DNA of 64,000 nucleotides from Eledone cirrhosa (lineage: Eukaryota): the NCBI GenBank assembly GCA_964016885.1, contig OZ024743.1, positions 262,694,001 to 262,758,000 of the forward strand. Reading direction: 5' to 3'. Positions 38,201 to 60,559 of this stretch are shown here, piece by piece. Positions within the stretch are counted from its first letter, which is position 1; each line of letters starts with the position of its first letter. The notes beneath the pieces are model-generated. The model was given only the letters and a program-made list of their open reading frames with translations. It ran no database searches and was not told the DNA's origin. A program made the translations under genes and the position numbers.

Positions 38201-39817
38201 TAATGCATCGAGAATGTTGGCTTGCCTCAAAAATTTCTGATGACCCTTGTGGTGTGTGACTGATTGGCATATGCTTTGATTGTATATTTTTGTGTATTAA
38301 TTGATTATTTATAAGGTTCAAATCTCGCCGAGGTTGACTTTGCCTTTCATCCTTACGGGGTCGATAAAATAAGTACCAGTAATGCTGGCCTTGTGCCACA
38401 AGTAGAAACAATTATATTTATAAGGTTCCTAGCAATAATTAATTGATTATGTGTATGTGTAGCAGTAATTTGATCTCTCAGTAAAGTAGGTTAGGTCTCC
38501 ACATATACTGACGCCTGGGCAACACGGTGTTCATTTTTCTTTGTGTCGAATTATTGATGTCAGTTTGTCTAGAGAAAACAAACCAACTAAGATCAGTGCC
38601 AGTTTATTTGAGATAAGATTTTCTTAAGGACATTCTGGAAGAGACAGACATCAAACAGAGTTGCTCTACCAAGTAGAGAGGTGTAGTGCTTAGCCAGACA
38701 CTCCGGCTTTCTCAACAAGGGCTAACAGCAATTCTCCCATTGGTACTTCAACAAAGATCAGTCCACACAACCATCTTCTGAATCATTGCACACACTCATT
38801 CACCACAACACAAGTCTTGTTTTCTTATATTGTCAACAATAGTCTCATCGCAGGTTTTTGAACTAATAAATATATTTAAGTAGAAATTTGGTTTTTATTT
38901 CATTACCTATGTGATCAGAGTAAATCACTCACACAAAAAACCATCATAGCCTCATCATCATAATGAACATTGTAGCCTACTTGCACACTCACAGTCTCTG
39001 GTCATGCTGTATCAAGCACTTCAGTTTCCTTTGTCTACACTCTACACAAACGTGACCACCACTCTATACAAACCAATCCACGAGTGAACAACAAACCTCA
39101 GTACCAACATCACCAACTCATCTCTTGCGCTACATCAAAACAATTTTATCATTACATATGTACTTCTGTTTAATCTTGTATATTTGTTATATGATAATAA
39201 AATATATATGTAATAAAAAAAAATCAAACATTGGTTGTATATATGGAAAACATCCTTTCTTTTAGATATGTTGTATTGAAAACATGACTGTTCTTATTTT
39301 ATCGTTGTTTTATCACAGTTTTGTAAGAGTTTCTTCCAGTTTGTTTTGAATAATAAAATCCTCAAATCAATCATCAGGTCCTCCTCCCCCATCATTTCTT
39401 TAAATGTTAGACATTCTATCCTTAACATTCATTAATATATGTGTGAGTTTATATATGTGTATATAAATGTGTCTCTATGCATCAGTTGATACATATGAAT
39501 ATAGGTATGTGTCTATATATATGTGTGTTTATGTGTATATAGGCATGTGTCTATATGTATGAGTTTATATATGTGTATATTGGTATGTATCTATATATGT
39601 GTGTGTTTATATATATATATGTATATATAGGTATCATGATACTTTCAGTTGTGTTTTCAAAAGTATACATACATACATTCATACATAATGCATACATACA
39701 TATATACATACGTACATGTTGATGTTGTGTAAATTCCACTGAGAGAGTATTGTGTCTATGTTAGAAACCGACTCTCTCTCTATTGGAAAACATTTGTAAA
39801 ATTATAAAACCAGAAGA

Positions 39818-39905
39818 ACATACATACATACACACACACATACATACATACATACATACATACATACATACATACATACATACATACATACATACATACA
39901 TACAT

Positions 39906-39945
<40 letters not shown>

Positions 39946-39981
39946 ACATACATACATACATACATACATACATACATACAT

Positions 39982-40028
<47 letters not shown>

Positions 40029-40053
40029 TACATACATACATACATACATACAT

Positions 40054-40100
<47 letters not shown>

Positions 40101-40176
40101 TACATACATACATACATACATACATACATACATACATACATACATACACACACACATACATACATACATACACACA
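39818..40176. repeat. Compound (CATA)n/(CA)n microsatellite
   Basis: Direct inspection. Confidence 0.95.
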
Positions 40177-40429
40177 TAGTGGAAGCCAACTTGAGTCCAA
40201 GTACAGTCATTTATTAGAAAAAAACACATTGACAAAAACGTGTTATTGATGTTGCTGCCTCTGATGTTGCCTTAGATGGCTCATAAAACCAGGAAGTGAC
40301 TTACATTTCATATCACACAGTGTGCAGGTACATTTCCCACCTGCTTGAGTTTGATTGGCATTGCATGCCTTGTGGTGCCATATTAGCCCACTTGCAGAAT
40401 GACACACTTTGGTACAGATGCCACAGGAA

Positions 40430-41890
40430 AAATCAAGGTGTATGATTTACTAAAATATATTATTTCCATGAATATTACATCTGCTATTTCTTAGTAGTCC
40501 AGCCTTTAACATACATGCACATCTGCATCTATCACAGTATACTTAGCTACTCACATCCCTTCAGCTAAGGACTTCTGCTTCTTTTCAAATTCCTTAACAG
40601 CAGTAGCAATCAGATTTTGCTACTGAGCTATGTCTGTTGCAAAATTTTCCCATATTTTGGTGTTGATATTGTCTTTCTTCAGGGTATCTTTCAAGCAGTC
40701 TTTAAAGTGTTTATGTTTGCCTTGCAATAGTTCTCCATACAATACTTGTTTTGAGAGACTGCAACTGCACCTTACATTCTTTGTCAGTAAAGATTTTTCT
40801 GCACTTTTCTTGGAGCATGACAAGAACTTGTCCAGACATGCTTTCATTTCCCTTAAAAAGATTTCCACTTGTGGTAACCCAGCCCTGACATGCCTCATGA
40901 AGATGTTTCCTGAAAGACAGACATGCATTATCACTGTTGATGACTTCAATTTGCTGAACTGCTTCTTGAAAATTCTTTGAGTGACAATATCCAGTTGATA
41001 CCGCTGGAACTCTTTACAGGTAAGAGAAGTCCGACATTCAGGATGATTTGAGCCTGGTAAATCCAATAGTGTTTGTACATTCCAGGATGCAATATTCAAA
41101 GCTGTCATTGAAGATTTATTCTGTCCATGATTTGTCTTATTATACATTTCTTTGTTTGCATAAGTGATGGCGGTGGATTGGCAGTATCGGTAGAGGGTCG
41201 GATGCCATGCTTTGCAGCATAGAATTATGGTCCTTTATGATCTGAGTTCAAATCCCGCTGAGGTTAACTTTGCCTTTCATCCTTATGGGGGTCGATAAAA
41301 TAAAGTACCAGTCAGGCACTGGGTCGATTTAATCAACTTTCCCCTCCCTCAAAATTGTTGGCCTTGTGCCTATATAAGAAAACATGTTTGCATAAGTGAA
41401 CAGCTGCCAGCCATGGGTTGCTGGCCAGCTTAGATATAGCATTGCCTAAGTTAGGAGACAAAATGACCAATATCCCAAGTCACCTATGTGCGGGCTTGCC
41501 ACAATGTCCTTCCAGCTTGTTAGGCCTGTATGTACCACAGTTCTCCCCATCGCCACAGGTCTTTTGATTGAAACATTGTCTGTTATCAGTTCAGGGACTA
41601 AGAAGTTCCTGTACATGAATTTGATTATAGTGAATGTGACCTGCACAGAACCATGCCAACCTTTCAGACAACACCAGCAGGAAAAAAATCAATGGACCAG
41701 CATAGGTTGGGACGACCAGCAACTGATTCATCTTCAGGTTTAGTATTAGAGTTTCTCTCTCCTAGTAAACTTTTAGATGACTATTGATTCTTATGAGTTC
41801 CTCTGCTCATTGATGGGTTTTGTTTTCTTCCCTTGACATGTCCAAAAATTCACCCTCCTCACCAAGCCAGAATGAGGCAGCATAATGATG
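40430..41890 (-). mobile_element. Internally deleted RTE (BovB-like) element
   Basis: LNIASWNVQTLLD..RTSL..QLDIV joined to QVLYGELLQG..KDCLK; 5'UTR-like sequence beyond the SINE. Confidence 0.65.
41168..41384 (+). mobile_element. SINE family A with 15-bp TSD
   Basis: TSD tgtttgcataagtga at 41153-41167 and 41385-41399. Confidence 0.9.
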
Positions 41891-42807
41891 AAGGTTACGG
41901 AGGGAGTGATGTCTATCTAGGTGGATAGTCTGCTTTGTCATTTTATGGTGTTTTTTTTAGCCTAGTTGGTATCAAAAGAGTTACGTCTAAAACCTGTCTC
42001 AAGCCCAGAGACTCATCAGGCTGGTGCTTATCCTGGTTTCCACGGCGTGAAGTGACTGAGAGCACAAGACTCTCCCCCAGGACAGGATGTCAGTCCATCA
42101 CCGGGTTAAACCCTGGTACACATTTCAGCTGAGTATACTGGAGCAATATGAACTCAATAACATAACACACAGTCCAGTCCAGGAATCAAACCCATGTCAT
42201 GTGCCTGCACATTAAAGTAGTTAACCTAATCATTAATCCACTGAATATCCTATTTAAAGAATTATTAGAGTTAGCAATTTAACAAACTATTTATAACATC
42301 ATATACTATTGAAAATTAGATGCGGAGGTTTGGGGGGGGGGGGGGGCTCAGTACCATCCAGTACCCCTTCTCCTTCCTTAGTGACAGGTTCAGATTCAAC
42401 CATTTTTATTGGTGGCAGTAGATTGATAGAATCTATAGAGCATCAAACAAAAGATATTGTGGCATTTAGTGACAGCCCTTTTCATTCTGAGTTCAAATCA
42501 CACCAAGGTAGTGTACAATCATGCTGTTTTCAGTGGATGACATAAAAACATGTTCTTTCTGGGTGCCAGCACTATACATTGCCAGAGTTACAACACCATT
42601 GGATTAAAAGCCTTGATTTTTATTCTATCTTTCTGTGTTTTTAGTTCAAATTCTCCTCAAGTTGAAATTTCTCTTTCATTGTTTTAGTCCAGGGACAGTG
42701 GATTAGTGGAATTGTTAATGCCCCAGATGGAATACTTTGTGGTATTGATTCTGACTTTGTGTGTTCTCAGTACAAATCCCCAGTGACACTTTTCTAGGAA
42801 TTGTGAC

Positions 42808-43242
42808 CAACAGATAATATCAGCAATGGAAAGACCAAATGAAACATAGTTTCCTTGATCTTCCTTTTTGCCAGGAGTTGTAACCACCAGATAATATCAA
42901 CAATGGAAAGATCAAATGAAACAGTTTCCTGGGTCTGATCTGACAATCAGCTCCTTTCTTCTGCTGGGGGTTGTAACCACTAAATTATATCAGCAATGGA
43001 AAGACCAAATGAAACATCGTTTCCTTAGACTGATCTGAGAATCAGCTCCTTCCTTCTGTCAGGAGTTGCAACTAACAGATAGTTTCAGTAATAGAAAGGC
43101 CAAATGAAATATAGTTTCCTTGGTATGATCTGACAATCGGCTCATTCCTTCTGCCTGGGGTTGTAACAACCAGATAATATCAGCAATGAAAAGACCAAAT
43201 AAAACATGGTTACCTTGGTCTGATCTGACAATCAGCTCTTTC
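42808..43242. repeat. Minisatellite, ~88-bp unit x5
   Basis: Recurring cagataatatcagcaatggaaagaccaaatgaaaca..tctgatctgacaatcagctc. Confidence 0.88.
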
Positions 43243-43436
43243 CTCTTCTTTCCTTCTGGATGCTAGATTATTTAAATATAAAAGTTACAATAAAGTACCA
43301 GTCACATACTGAGGTTGATATAATAAACTGTTCTGACTTTCCCCTCAAAATTTCTGGTCTTCTACCTAGGAAAGAAATCATTATAACATGAAATAAAACA
43401 GTAGTAGTAGCAGCAGCGGCAGTAGTAGTAGTCGTG

Positions 43437-43488
<52 letters not shown>

Positions 43489-44292
43489 CGCTAGTAGTAG
43501 TAGTAGTAGTAGTAGTCGTTTTATTATTATAATTAAATTCTAAAGTTACATGTGTTTTCTCATAAACATTTTATCCAACATCTTGTTGGCTATTACAACA
43601 ACAACAACAACAACAACAAAAATGCAATTATTAAAGAGAATATATTTGAGGCTCTGTGTGTTTATGTGTATATATATATATATGTGTACACATGATCTTA
43701 CATATACACATACATATAGGTAGACATGCACACACAGGTATATATATACTGGGAAATGGCTAAATTCATAACAACACATTCATTAAAAAACACACATACA
43801 GATAAAAAAACACATGTATAAAAACATATACACATACATATAGAAACACATTTCTATACACATGTTGAAACATAAACAATTATACACACATACTCATACA
43901 CACACAGAATACACACACATATAGAAACATATATCCACATATGTCTAGAAATACACATAAACAATTATATATACACACATATGCACCCATACATTCACAC
44001 AGTCAGTACCATTATATATATACACATAATCATATACACATGCATGCACATGCACACATATAGAAACATATACATGTAGTCCTATAAACACATATATAGA
44101 CACAATTAGTGTGTACTATTAATTATATGCATAGCTAACAGGAAGTGCAAAAGATATCTCGCACCACCAATCTATAGATATGACAAGCTGCAACTTATAG
44201 TGCAGCAGTGCAACTGTGCATCAAATTAAGAGACTCATACATACACATACATAAATATACACATACATGTATATATACACGCATACACACAC

Positions 44293-45274
44293 ATACATGG
44301 TGGCTGCCAACTCGTTTTCGAGTACGGCCACTACTTTATATCCATGTAGGAGAACCCCTACCGATACGCTGAACGAGTGTGACTTTTTAGTCCAGCCAGC
44401 GACTTGAAAACTCTGGTACAAACACTACACTTGTGACAATTATTGACACATAGTGCTGGGCCCATGGTACCATGTGACGACAAGTGCAGAGAGATCTCCA
44501 GATATAAAGCAATGCCTGTGCCATGAAGCTTTTATAGTGAGCAAAGGCACTGCACAAAGCCAGTCCCACTCTCTTAACCAAGATGATATTTACCAAAAAG
44601 AAGAACAAGTCAACATCATTGGATACCATCAGGGTTGCAGGTGTTATATCAGAGTTTTCCTTCTCCTAGAATTCTGCCTTGACAAAAGCTAAGGGGTCAC
44701 TCTGATTTTGGATGGCCATTGACTCTTAAGAGCTCCTTTTCCCATTGACAGGTTTTGTTTTTAGTCCTGCAAGATGTCCAAAATCACCCTCCTCACGAAG
44801 AAGCCTTGGTGGGGTTGCCAGTTTAGTTGCCAACGACCCGACCATGAGACAGCTTGTACTGGGATACAACATACATGGTGGCTGCCAACTCGTTTTCGAG
44901 TATGGCCACTACTTTATATCCATGTAGGAGAACCCCTACCGATGCGCTGAATGAGTGTGACTTTTTAGTCCAGCCAGCGACTTGAAAACTCTGGTACAAA
45001 CACTACACTTGTGACAATTATTGACACATAGTGCTGGGCCCATGGTACCATGTGACAAGTGCAGAGAGATCTCCAGATATAAAGAAATGCCTGTGCCGTG
45101 AAGCTTTTATAGTGAGCAAAGGCACTGCACAAAGCCAGTCCCACTCTCTTAACCAAGATGATATTTACCAAAAAGAAGAACAAGTCAACATCATTGGATA
45201 CCATCAGGGTTGCAGGTGTTATATCAGAGTTTTCCTTCTTCTAGAATTCTTCCTTGACAAAGACTAAGGGGTCA
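44293..45274. repeat. Direct duplication with ~577-bp period
   Basis: atacatggtggctgccaactcgttttcgag at ~44293 and ~44871; ORFs 44387-44629 and 44965-45204 are near-identical. Confidence 0.9.
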
Positions 45275-46676
45275 TCTCTCCCGGACAACATACATACATA
45301 CCTACTATGGTGCTCCTTCCTGGCACAAAACTATATTGCATCTTATGTAGTTCGACTCTTTCCCTAATTAGGTTTTACTATAACTCTTTCTGTCACTTTC
45401 ATAACTTGAATATAAGTTTTCTGCCTCAGTAGTTATTCCTTTCGGGTAAACCAGCTCTTTTTCTTGGGTATGGTACCATCATGTATTACCTGATTGACTA
45501 TGTGGGTGCTTGGTTCAACTCCTACTTCATTAGATAATCTCAGCATTTCAGCAACTATGCTCTAGCAGTTTTTTTCATGTCACTTTGTTTATCTCCTCTT
45601 CCCTCTCATCATATGTCTCACACAGAGCTTTTTTAAACCTATATTTAACAGAGAGGTCTTTTAGATTCCATATCCCTAGCTTCTCTAGATTTTTCTGCAT
45701 ATTTGATTTCGACTGATCCTTATTTTGATGTTACTAATAACTAATTTATGTTGGAAGGTGCATTCTTCTCTGGTGAAAAGCTTTAGCATTTCTAACCATC
45801 TGTCTATCCTGTTTTCCAATGTGCATGAAGTCAATTTTGTCTGCATGTTCATATGATTGGTGGGTGGGTGATCAAGTGACTAGCCAGTTTCTTGAAATTT
45901 ACAGAATTCTAGGAGCCTTCATCCCTCTTAATTTCTCAAGCCATCTCCATTGAAGTCACCATCCTAGATGATGGTGTTTCTGTCATCTGTTAGTGAAGTC
46001 ATCTGTAAGAAGTCCTCAAAGAAACAGTCCTTTTGTTCTTTACTTGTCCTGATTATGACACATAAGTAGTGATAACTGTTGTCATTCTATTGCCTATTAC
46101 TCTCTGAGCTTGATAATTCTATCATTTACTCTAACTCCTACTTCAGTTACCTTATCTATCCACTTCCTGACTAGTAAAATGTTTTTTTGTGTCTACCCCA
46201 TTGCACACACACACACACTTACATACACACACACACATACACATTCACCCATATTCACACATACACATAATTACAGGCACACACATGCACACATACATAC
46301 ACATTCACACACACACATGCACACACACACACACACAGAATTATAGGTACACACGCACATGTACACACACAAACACACACAAATTTACAGGCACATACAA
46401 GCACACATTACTGTTTCAGTTTGTAGAAAGTGGAAGGTCATTCACTATATACAGCTGGTTCCAATTTTGATACACTTTACTGTGTGTGGGTGTGTGAGTG
46501 TGGGTGAGGAATTTTGTGCGTGTGGGTGAGTATTTATGTGTCTATGAATGTATGTATGTATGCTTGTATGGATAGATGGATGTATGGATGTATGTATGGA
46601 TGGATGGTTGGATGTGTAATATGTAACAGGAAGTTTATAATATAACACAAATTATATAACAATATTATAGATTATA

Positions 46677-46858
46677 CGGTGGATTGGCAGTATCGGTAGA
46701 GGGTCGGACGCCATGCTTTGCAGCAAAGAGTTACGGCCCTTTATGGTCTGAGTTCAAATCTCGCCGAGGTTAACTTTGCCTTTCATCCTTACGGGGTCGA
46801 TAAAATACTAGTAATGCACTGGGATAATTGCTGGCCTTGTGCCAAAAGTAGAAATAAT
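46677..46858 (+). mobile_element. SINE family A
   Basis: Homologous to 8511-8695; further fragments at ~25420 and ~38315. Confidence 0.88.
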
Positions 46859-47019
46859 TATAGATTGTACTATATGATACATGTAATATATGCATAGATT
46901 GTTATATGTCAAATTTAATATAAGATAACATCCCAGCCTGGAAAAACATGTAAAAAGATGATAATATATTATAAAGTGTAACATAATACATACCAGATGT
47001 TATAATACAATATATACCA

Positions 47020-47180
47020 GCTGGAACATAACACACCAGAGTACTCAATACTTAGGGTTGTAGAGTGGGTAATAGGAAAAATGTGAGGACCCCGATGGCT
47101 GAGCTCTGGCTGTTTCGACAGCTAGATCCATTTGGATCTAGTTGTCAAAACAGCCATCGGGATCCTGACTCTTTTCCTAT
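47020..47180. repeat. Diverged fold-back palindrome of a family-B-related pLTR end
   Basis: gacagctagatcca-tt-tggatctagttgtc; short arm ends ttcctat(TA)n. Confidence 0.75.
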
Positions 47181-47500
47181 ATATATATATATATATATAT
47201 AAGTTTTCATGAAATAGTCTTTTAAGACTATACAGAGCATTTGATGTTATTCCAAATTGAAGGATAAGTGTTTCAAACTTTATTTTATCATGAGTTAAAG
47301 GTCTATAGATTTTTCCCTGGATTTTACTAAATTCTGTGGATGAATTTATATCCTGATTCTCTTTTGAGATGAGTTTGAGTTATTTTTCCTAAATCTTTCG
47401 TTAACTACTTTTCCCATCTTGACGTTATAGTCGCATATATGTTATAGAATGCCGTTAGCTTCTTGCTAAAACAATCTCTATACCTCTCATTTATATATAT

Positions 47501-47578
<78 letters not shown>

Positions 47579-47793
47579 GTTAAAAATGTACATCCACATA
47601 TGTATACTGAAATACTAGTATGCATATGAATACACACACGTATACATATGTAGATGTACCGAGTTTTTCACTGGTCACTTTACTGTGAGTGTCCAGCTAT
47701 TCTGTATGTAAACACACAGACAAACCGGTTTTTAGAGTCATACTGGTTTTTGAGGAAACACCTTTCCTCTATTCTCCAGAAAGCCAGACAAGG

Positions 47794-47838
47794 AATATTG
47801 AACTAGTTTCGATGTTGTTACATCTCATCAGCAATATT
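47794..47838 (-). ncRNA. Minimal hammerhead ribozyme
   Basis: revcomp aatattg CTGATGA gatgt aaca acatc GAAA ctag TT caatatt. Confidence 0.85.
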
Positions 47839-48248
47839 TACCTATCTTCCGGCCTTTCTAGAGAATCGTAAAAGCACGTATCGTTATATGCTTTTTCTAT
47901 GAAAATTAGTAGTGGGCAGACTAATTTGCATAGAGCGTGAGTACGTACCGGTTCAACGGAGACGATAAAAACAAATAACGAAACGAAATTAAATTTCGTT
48001 TCGTTTGTAACTCACTTTTGTATGACTGACGCTTAAACAATTAAGTTAAAAATGTACATCCACATATGTATACTGAAATACTAGTATGCATATGAATACA
48101 CACACGTATACATATGTAGATGTACCGAGTTTTTCACTGGTCACTTTACTGCTCTATGCAAATTAGTCTGCCCACTACTAATTTTCATAGAAAAAGCATA
48201 TAACGATATGTGCTTTTACGATTCTCTAGAAAGGCCGGAAGATAGGTA

Positions 48249-48293
48249 AATATTGCTGATGAGATATAACAACATCGAAACTAGTTCAATATT
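48249..48293 (+). ncRNA. Minimal hammerhead ribozyme
   Basis: aatattg CTGATGA gatat aaca acatc GAAA ctag TT caatatt. Confidence 0.8.
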
Positions 48294-48587
48294 CCTAGTC
48301 TGGCTTTCTGGAGAATAGAGGAAAGGTGTTTCCTCAAAAACCAGTATGACTCTAAAAACCGGTTTGTCTGTGTGTTTACATACAGAATAGCTGGACACTA
48401 ACAGTAAAGTGACCAGTGAAAAACTCGGTACATCTACATATGTATACGTGTGTGTATTCATATGCATACTAGTATTTCAGTATACATATGTGGATGTACA
48501 TTTTTAACTTCATTGTTTAAGCGTCAGTCATACAAAAGTGAGTTACAAACGAAACGAAATTTAATTTCGTTTCGTTATTTGTTTTTA

Positions 48588-53552
<4,965 letters not shown>

Positions 53553-53554
<2 letters not shown>

Positions 53555-55220
53555 AACGAAGGAAATGTAGTAAGGAACTAGGTGGACCATAAGTGCAACG
53601 CGAGGACGGACACCTACAACAAAGCTTATATACGATTAACCGCATGTGACTTCAAGACCCGGCTATACCAACACAGACATACCCTCCGAAACCCGGCCCG
53701 GTGTCACGCCACTACACTTTCGGGCCACATATGGGACCTCAAGGACAACATCACCTATGATCTCATTTGGAGATTACTGTCCAGAGCCAACTCATACACG
53801 GGAGGACGCCGTCCGTGCAATTTATGCTCGGAGGAAACTTTACAAATGCTGTTTTCGACGGACCAACTCCTAAACAAGAAAGATGAACTGGTTACTGCAT
53901 GTAAACAGAGATTGCGTAGGACTTACCCCGCCCTCAAACCCCATAATGACCCGGGGGGTAGACTAGGGCTATAACACCCCACTTGCCGATTTTGTAATGG
54001 GTAACCCCTGCTTGCCAAGGGAGACGTAAGATCTTCTTTTATATTCTTTTATCGCTTCCTCTATATTTCCTTCTTCCCTCCATCCCTCCCCAGTCCTTCT
54101 ACCCCAGTTCTTTTTCTTTGTCGGCATCTTTTTCTCGCCCACCCGAGGCAGCCCCTCTGGCCCTTGTAGCCTCAGTACCCCCACCCCTCCCCTATTCTAT
54201 GATAGATTTGGCGGACTCCGCTTTTTATAGCAGTTGTGTTAGACCTCGGATACTACCCCTCTTATCCGACCGCTGCACCTTTTTTCCGTGCCTTCTATAT
54301 TTCTTAGTGGCATCTTTGCTTTAATTTCTCGTTTATTCAGTATTTCTTTCTTCTCTTTTCTTTTGGGCGGGGGGGGGGGGATTCTGAATTAATTTTCCGT
54401 ATTTTACTTTTACTTCGTACAAACTTTCATGTAGCTTGTATAAGAACTTTTGTAGCGTGGCGGTACCCTTAGAGTTAGCATTAGTATATTTTTTTCGGGA
54501 CTCTGAATTATTATTTCGTACTAGTTTACTTTTCTGCACTGGGTGGTTGCTGGCCTTGTGCCTGGGGTAGAAACCTTTATTAATTATTTCGTCGTAGTTT
54601 CTTTAGTATTTTGCCCCCCCCCCCCTTGTTGACCCGTCACCGTATGATATACGTACTTATACCTCTTAAAAGGGTCCCTTCTTATACCGTTCCACCTAGT
54701 TTATTTATTTATTATTATTATTTTTAAATTTATTTATTTATTTATTTATTTATTTATCTATTTATTTATTTCTTTAGCCTAGCAATAGCGAGAGACTTAG
54801 GTCGTAGAAATTGCTTATATTTTTCTTTACATTTATTCGCTTTTTATCACTCTCAGTATTTTTTTTTAATATATTTTTACCCTTCATTGTTCTACTTACC
54901 GTTTTGACTTCCTCCCCCTCCCTAGTATCTTCTTTGACCTCACGCCCAGCTGTAGCCGGCACTACCAACGCATGAATGGGTCTACTCCACCCCTCCCCTT
55001 TTTCTCCTACTGGCAGGTTTAGCTACCCCTTCCCCCACTAATTTGCCATCACAGAATTACTACTAACTTGTGACCAATCTTTGTGACAATCACTTTGACC
55101 ATATATGGAATTACCCCTTGAGAAGCTCGGCTATTTAAATACCAGGATAAATTTTCATTTAGTCCAGAATTAGCCGTCGAAACGGCTTGAGCTCAGCCGT
55201 CGGGGTCTTCCTGGTCCCTA
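53553..55220 (+). mobile_element. PLE family B, diverged copy: 40-nt inverted tail + GIY-YIG end + pLTR with U3-A8 HHR (55113-55206)
   Basis: AYIRLTACDFKTRLYQH..CNLCSEE; pLTR homologous to 58511-59743. Confidence 0.92.
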
Positions 55221-56111
55221 TATATTATATATATATATATATATATATGTGTGTATGTATGTATATAAATATATATATTTAATTAATCAGATTATGTGTC
55301 AGATTAACACCAACACTTCAGTATGCAGGGTAGAGCACACAACAAAGTCCACAAGAGGGACTATTAACTCCAGAGTAAACTTATAAATAAGAGGTCCACA
55401 TTTCATAGGAGGTCATAGCTGTTGAATTGTGGCTATCACCAAAATATATATTATGGTAATAAAAGAAGTGAATTGTGAATTTTGAAATGTGGACTTATAC
55501 CTCTTGTTTATCTATATATATGCGCCAATTGTGTATTGTTGCATAATATATGGGGACAGAGGGTACTGTGCACTCTATTGCTGCATTAAGTGTGGCTGAA
55601 ACTCGAGTTCAGGAATAATTGAAGGGACCCATTTACGTGTGTTGTATTGAAGCGAATAACTATGTGTATACTCTGGGAGTTTATTTAACATTGCCTATTG
55701 AGTACGCTGAGATGTAATCGGTCCTAGCAGTGATAACCATGCTAGTTCTGTCAACTTATTACTATCATCATCATAATCATCGTTTAACGTCCATCTTCCA
55801 CGCTAGCATGGGTTAGGCGGGAGTTGTGCCACTTAAGACAAGGTTGGTCGGGTGACCGTGTCTCGCTCGTATAGGACTATCTGGCAGGCATTCTACGGCT
55901 GGATGCACTTCCTAACACCACCCACATTTACAGTGTGGAACTGGGAATTTTTTACCGTGTTACCTACACGGCCACATTACAGCGTGGACTGTGAGTATTT
56001 TTTTTTTTATTTTTTTTTTACTATATATATATATATATATATACAGTGTATATATATATATATATATCAATAATATTAATAAATGGAAAATATCATTATA
56101 AAACCATATTT

Positions 56112-56170
56112 ATTTTATTATACGTATTTCAAGAGTACTAATATTTTAGTACGCTTTCATCAGATAAAAT
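56112..56170 (-). ncRNA. Type I hammerhead ribozyme
   Basis: revcomp attttat CTGATGA aagcgtactaa aata ttagtactctt GAAA tacgta TA ataaaat. Confidence 0.85.
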
Positions 56171-56408
56171 ATAATAATTGGTGTTAAGATAGTGACATAT
56201 CTTCATATGAACTTAATGTTATAAGTTCAGTGAGGATAGTGAATAGAGATGTACAAATGTTCAACACTCAAGGGTAATATGCTAATGAGGATAACGTTAA
56301 AACTGAAAAGAACCGTTAAGTTTAGACGCTAGATAAATTTTAAATACTTATTTAAATTTTTTTAAGAGTTTGCTATTAGATTTCTTGAATAATCAACAAA
56401 ACAATACA

Positions 56409-59770
<3,362 letters not shown>

Positions 59771-59771
<1 letters not shown>

Positions 59772-59810
59772 TAGCAGCAGTACCCAGCGTTGCCTGGGTA
59801 GGTAAAATAA
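59771..59810 (-). mobile_element. Helitron-like 3' terminus
   Basis: revcomp tacccaggcaacgctgggta hairpin, then ctgctgCTAG|T. Confidence 0.6.
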
Positions 59811-60559
59811 TATCTGCTTTGATGAAAAGGTGTTGATCTTAGCGACTGCTTCTCGATGACTCATCTATGGCCACACACAGGCCATGCGGAGGAGGATGGT
59901 GATGACCTCTATCACTGAGAAACGCGGGTGACTGACGAAGGGGAATGCTGGGGGAGGGAGGTAATGACCTCAAGCACTAAGCTAAATTTCCTCACGCTAC
60001 TTGATTGGAAACCGATGAATTCTCAAATACACAACTAAAAGCTCAGACGACGTCAGTGGCCATCGTTTTGCCTTTGACCATCAACTGGATAATTGGATGG
60101 AATTATAGAATCGTAAACATCATTTGCAGCAAATGGTGAAAAGTTAAGATAATTTGCTGCAAATGCTGAGAATTTAGAAGAAGTCGTATTAAAGATTGAA
60201 GTGGTTGCCACGCCGTCCCTGACCAACAAATACGAAATGTGAAGCAATTAGAAGATGTGTAATGGAAAGTTCTATCTGAGGATTGAAGTTGACAGATGGT
60301 AATGTCACAATGGTGAACGCGATGGCAAAAGCTAGAGCCGAAAAGGCGGAAATTAAAGTGTTAAGACGTGAAATAATCAGATCTAGCGCACTGTAAAATT
60401 TGAACAAAGCAGGTTGATTAATGTGGGAGCTAGAGCCGAAAAAGTGGAAATTTTAGTCTAAAAGTGATATTTTTGAATATTTAAGCGGCTGCCGCGCCGT
60501 ACCTGAACAACAAATGCAAAATATAAACCGAACTAAAGGTATTTACCCAATCATGAGAT

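Noticed and set aside
42005-42030. CTGATGA on the minus strand as an HHR
   Set aside because: No stem II-GAAA follows; lies in a SINE-like remnant
42808-43242. CRISPR-like regular repeats
   Set aside because: Whole units repeat with no unique spacers and no cas genes; a eukaryotic minisatellite
55590-55620. GAAACTCGAGTT half-hammerhead
   Set aside because: No upstream core could be identified
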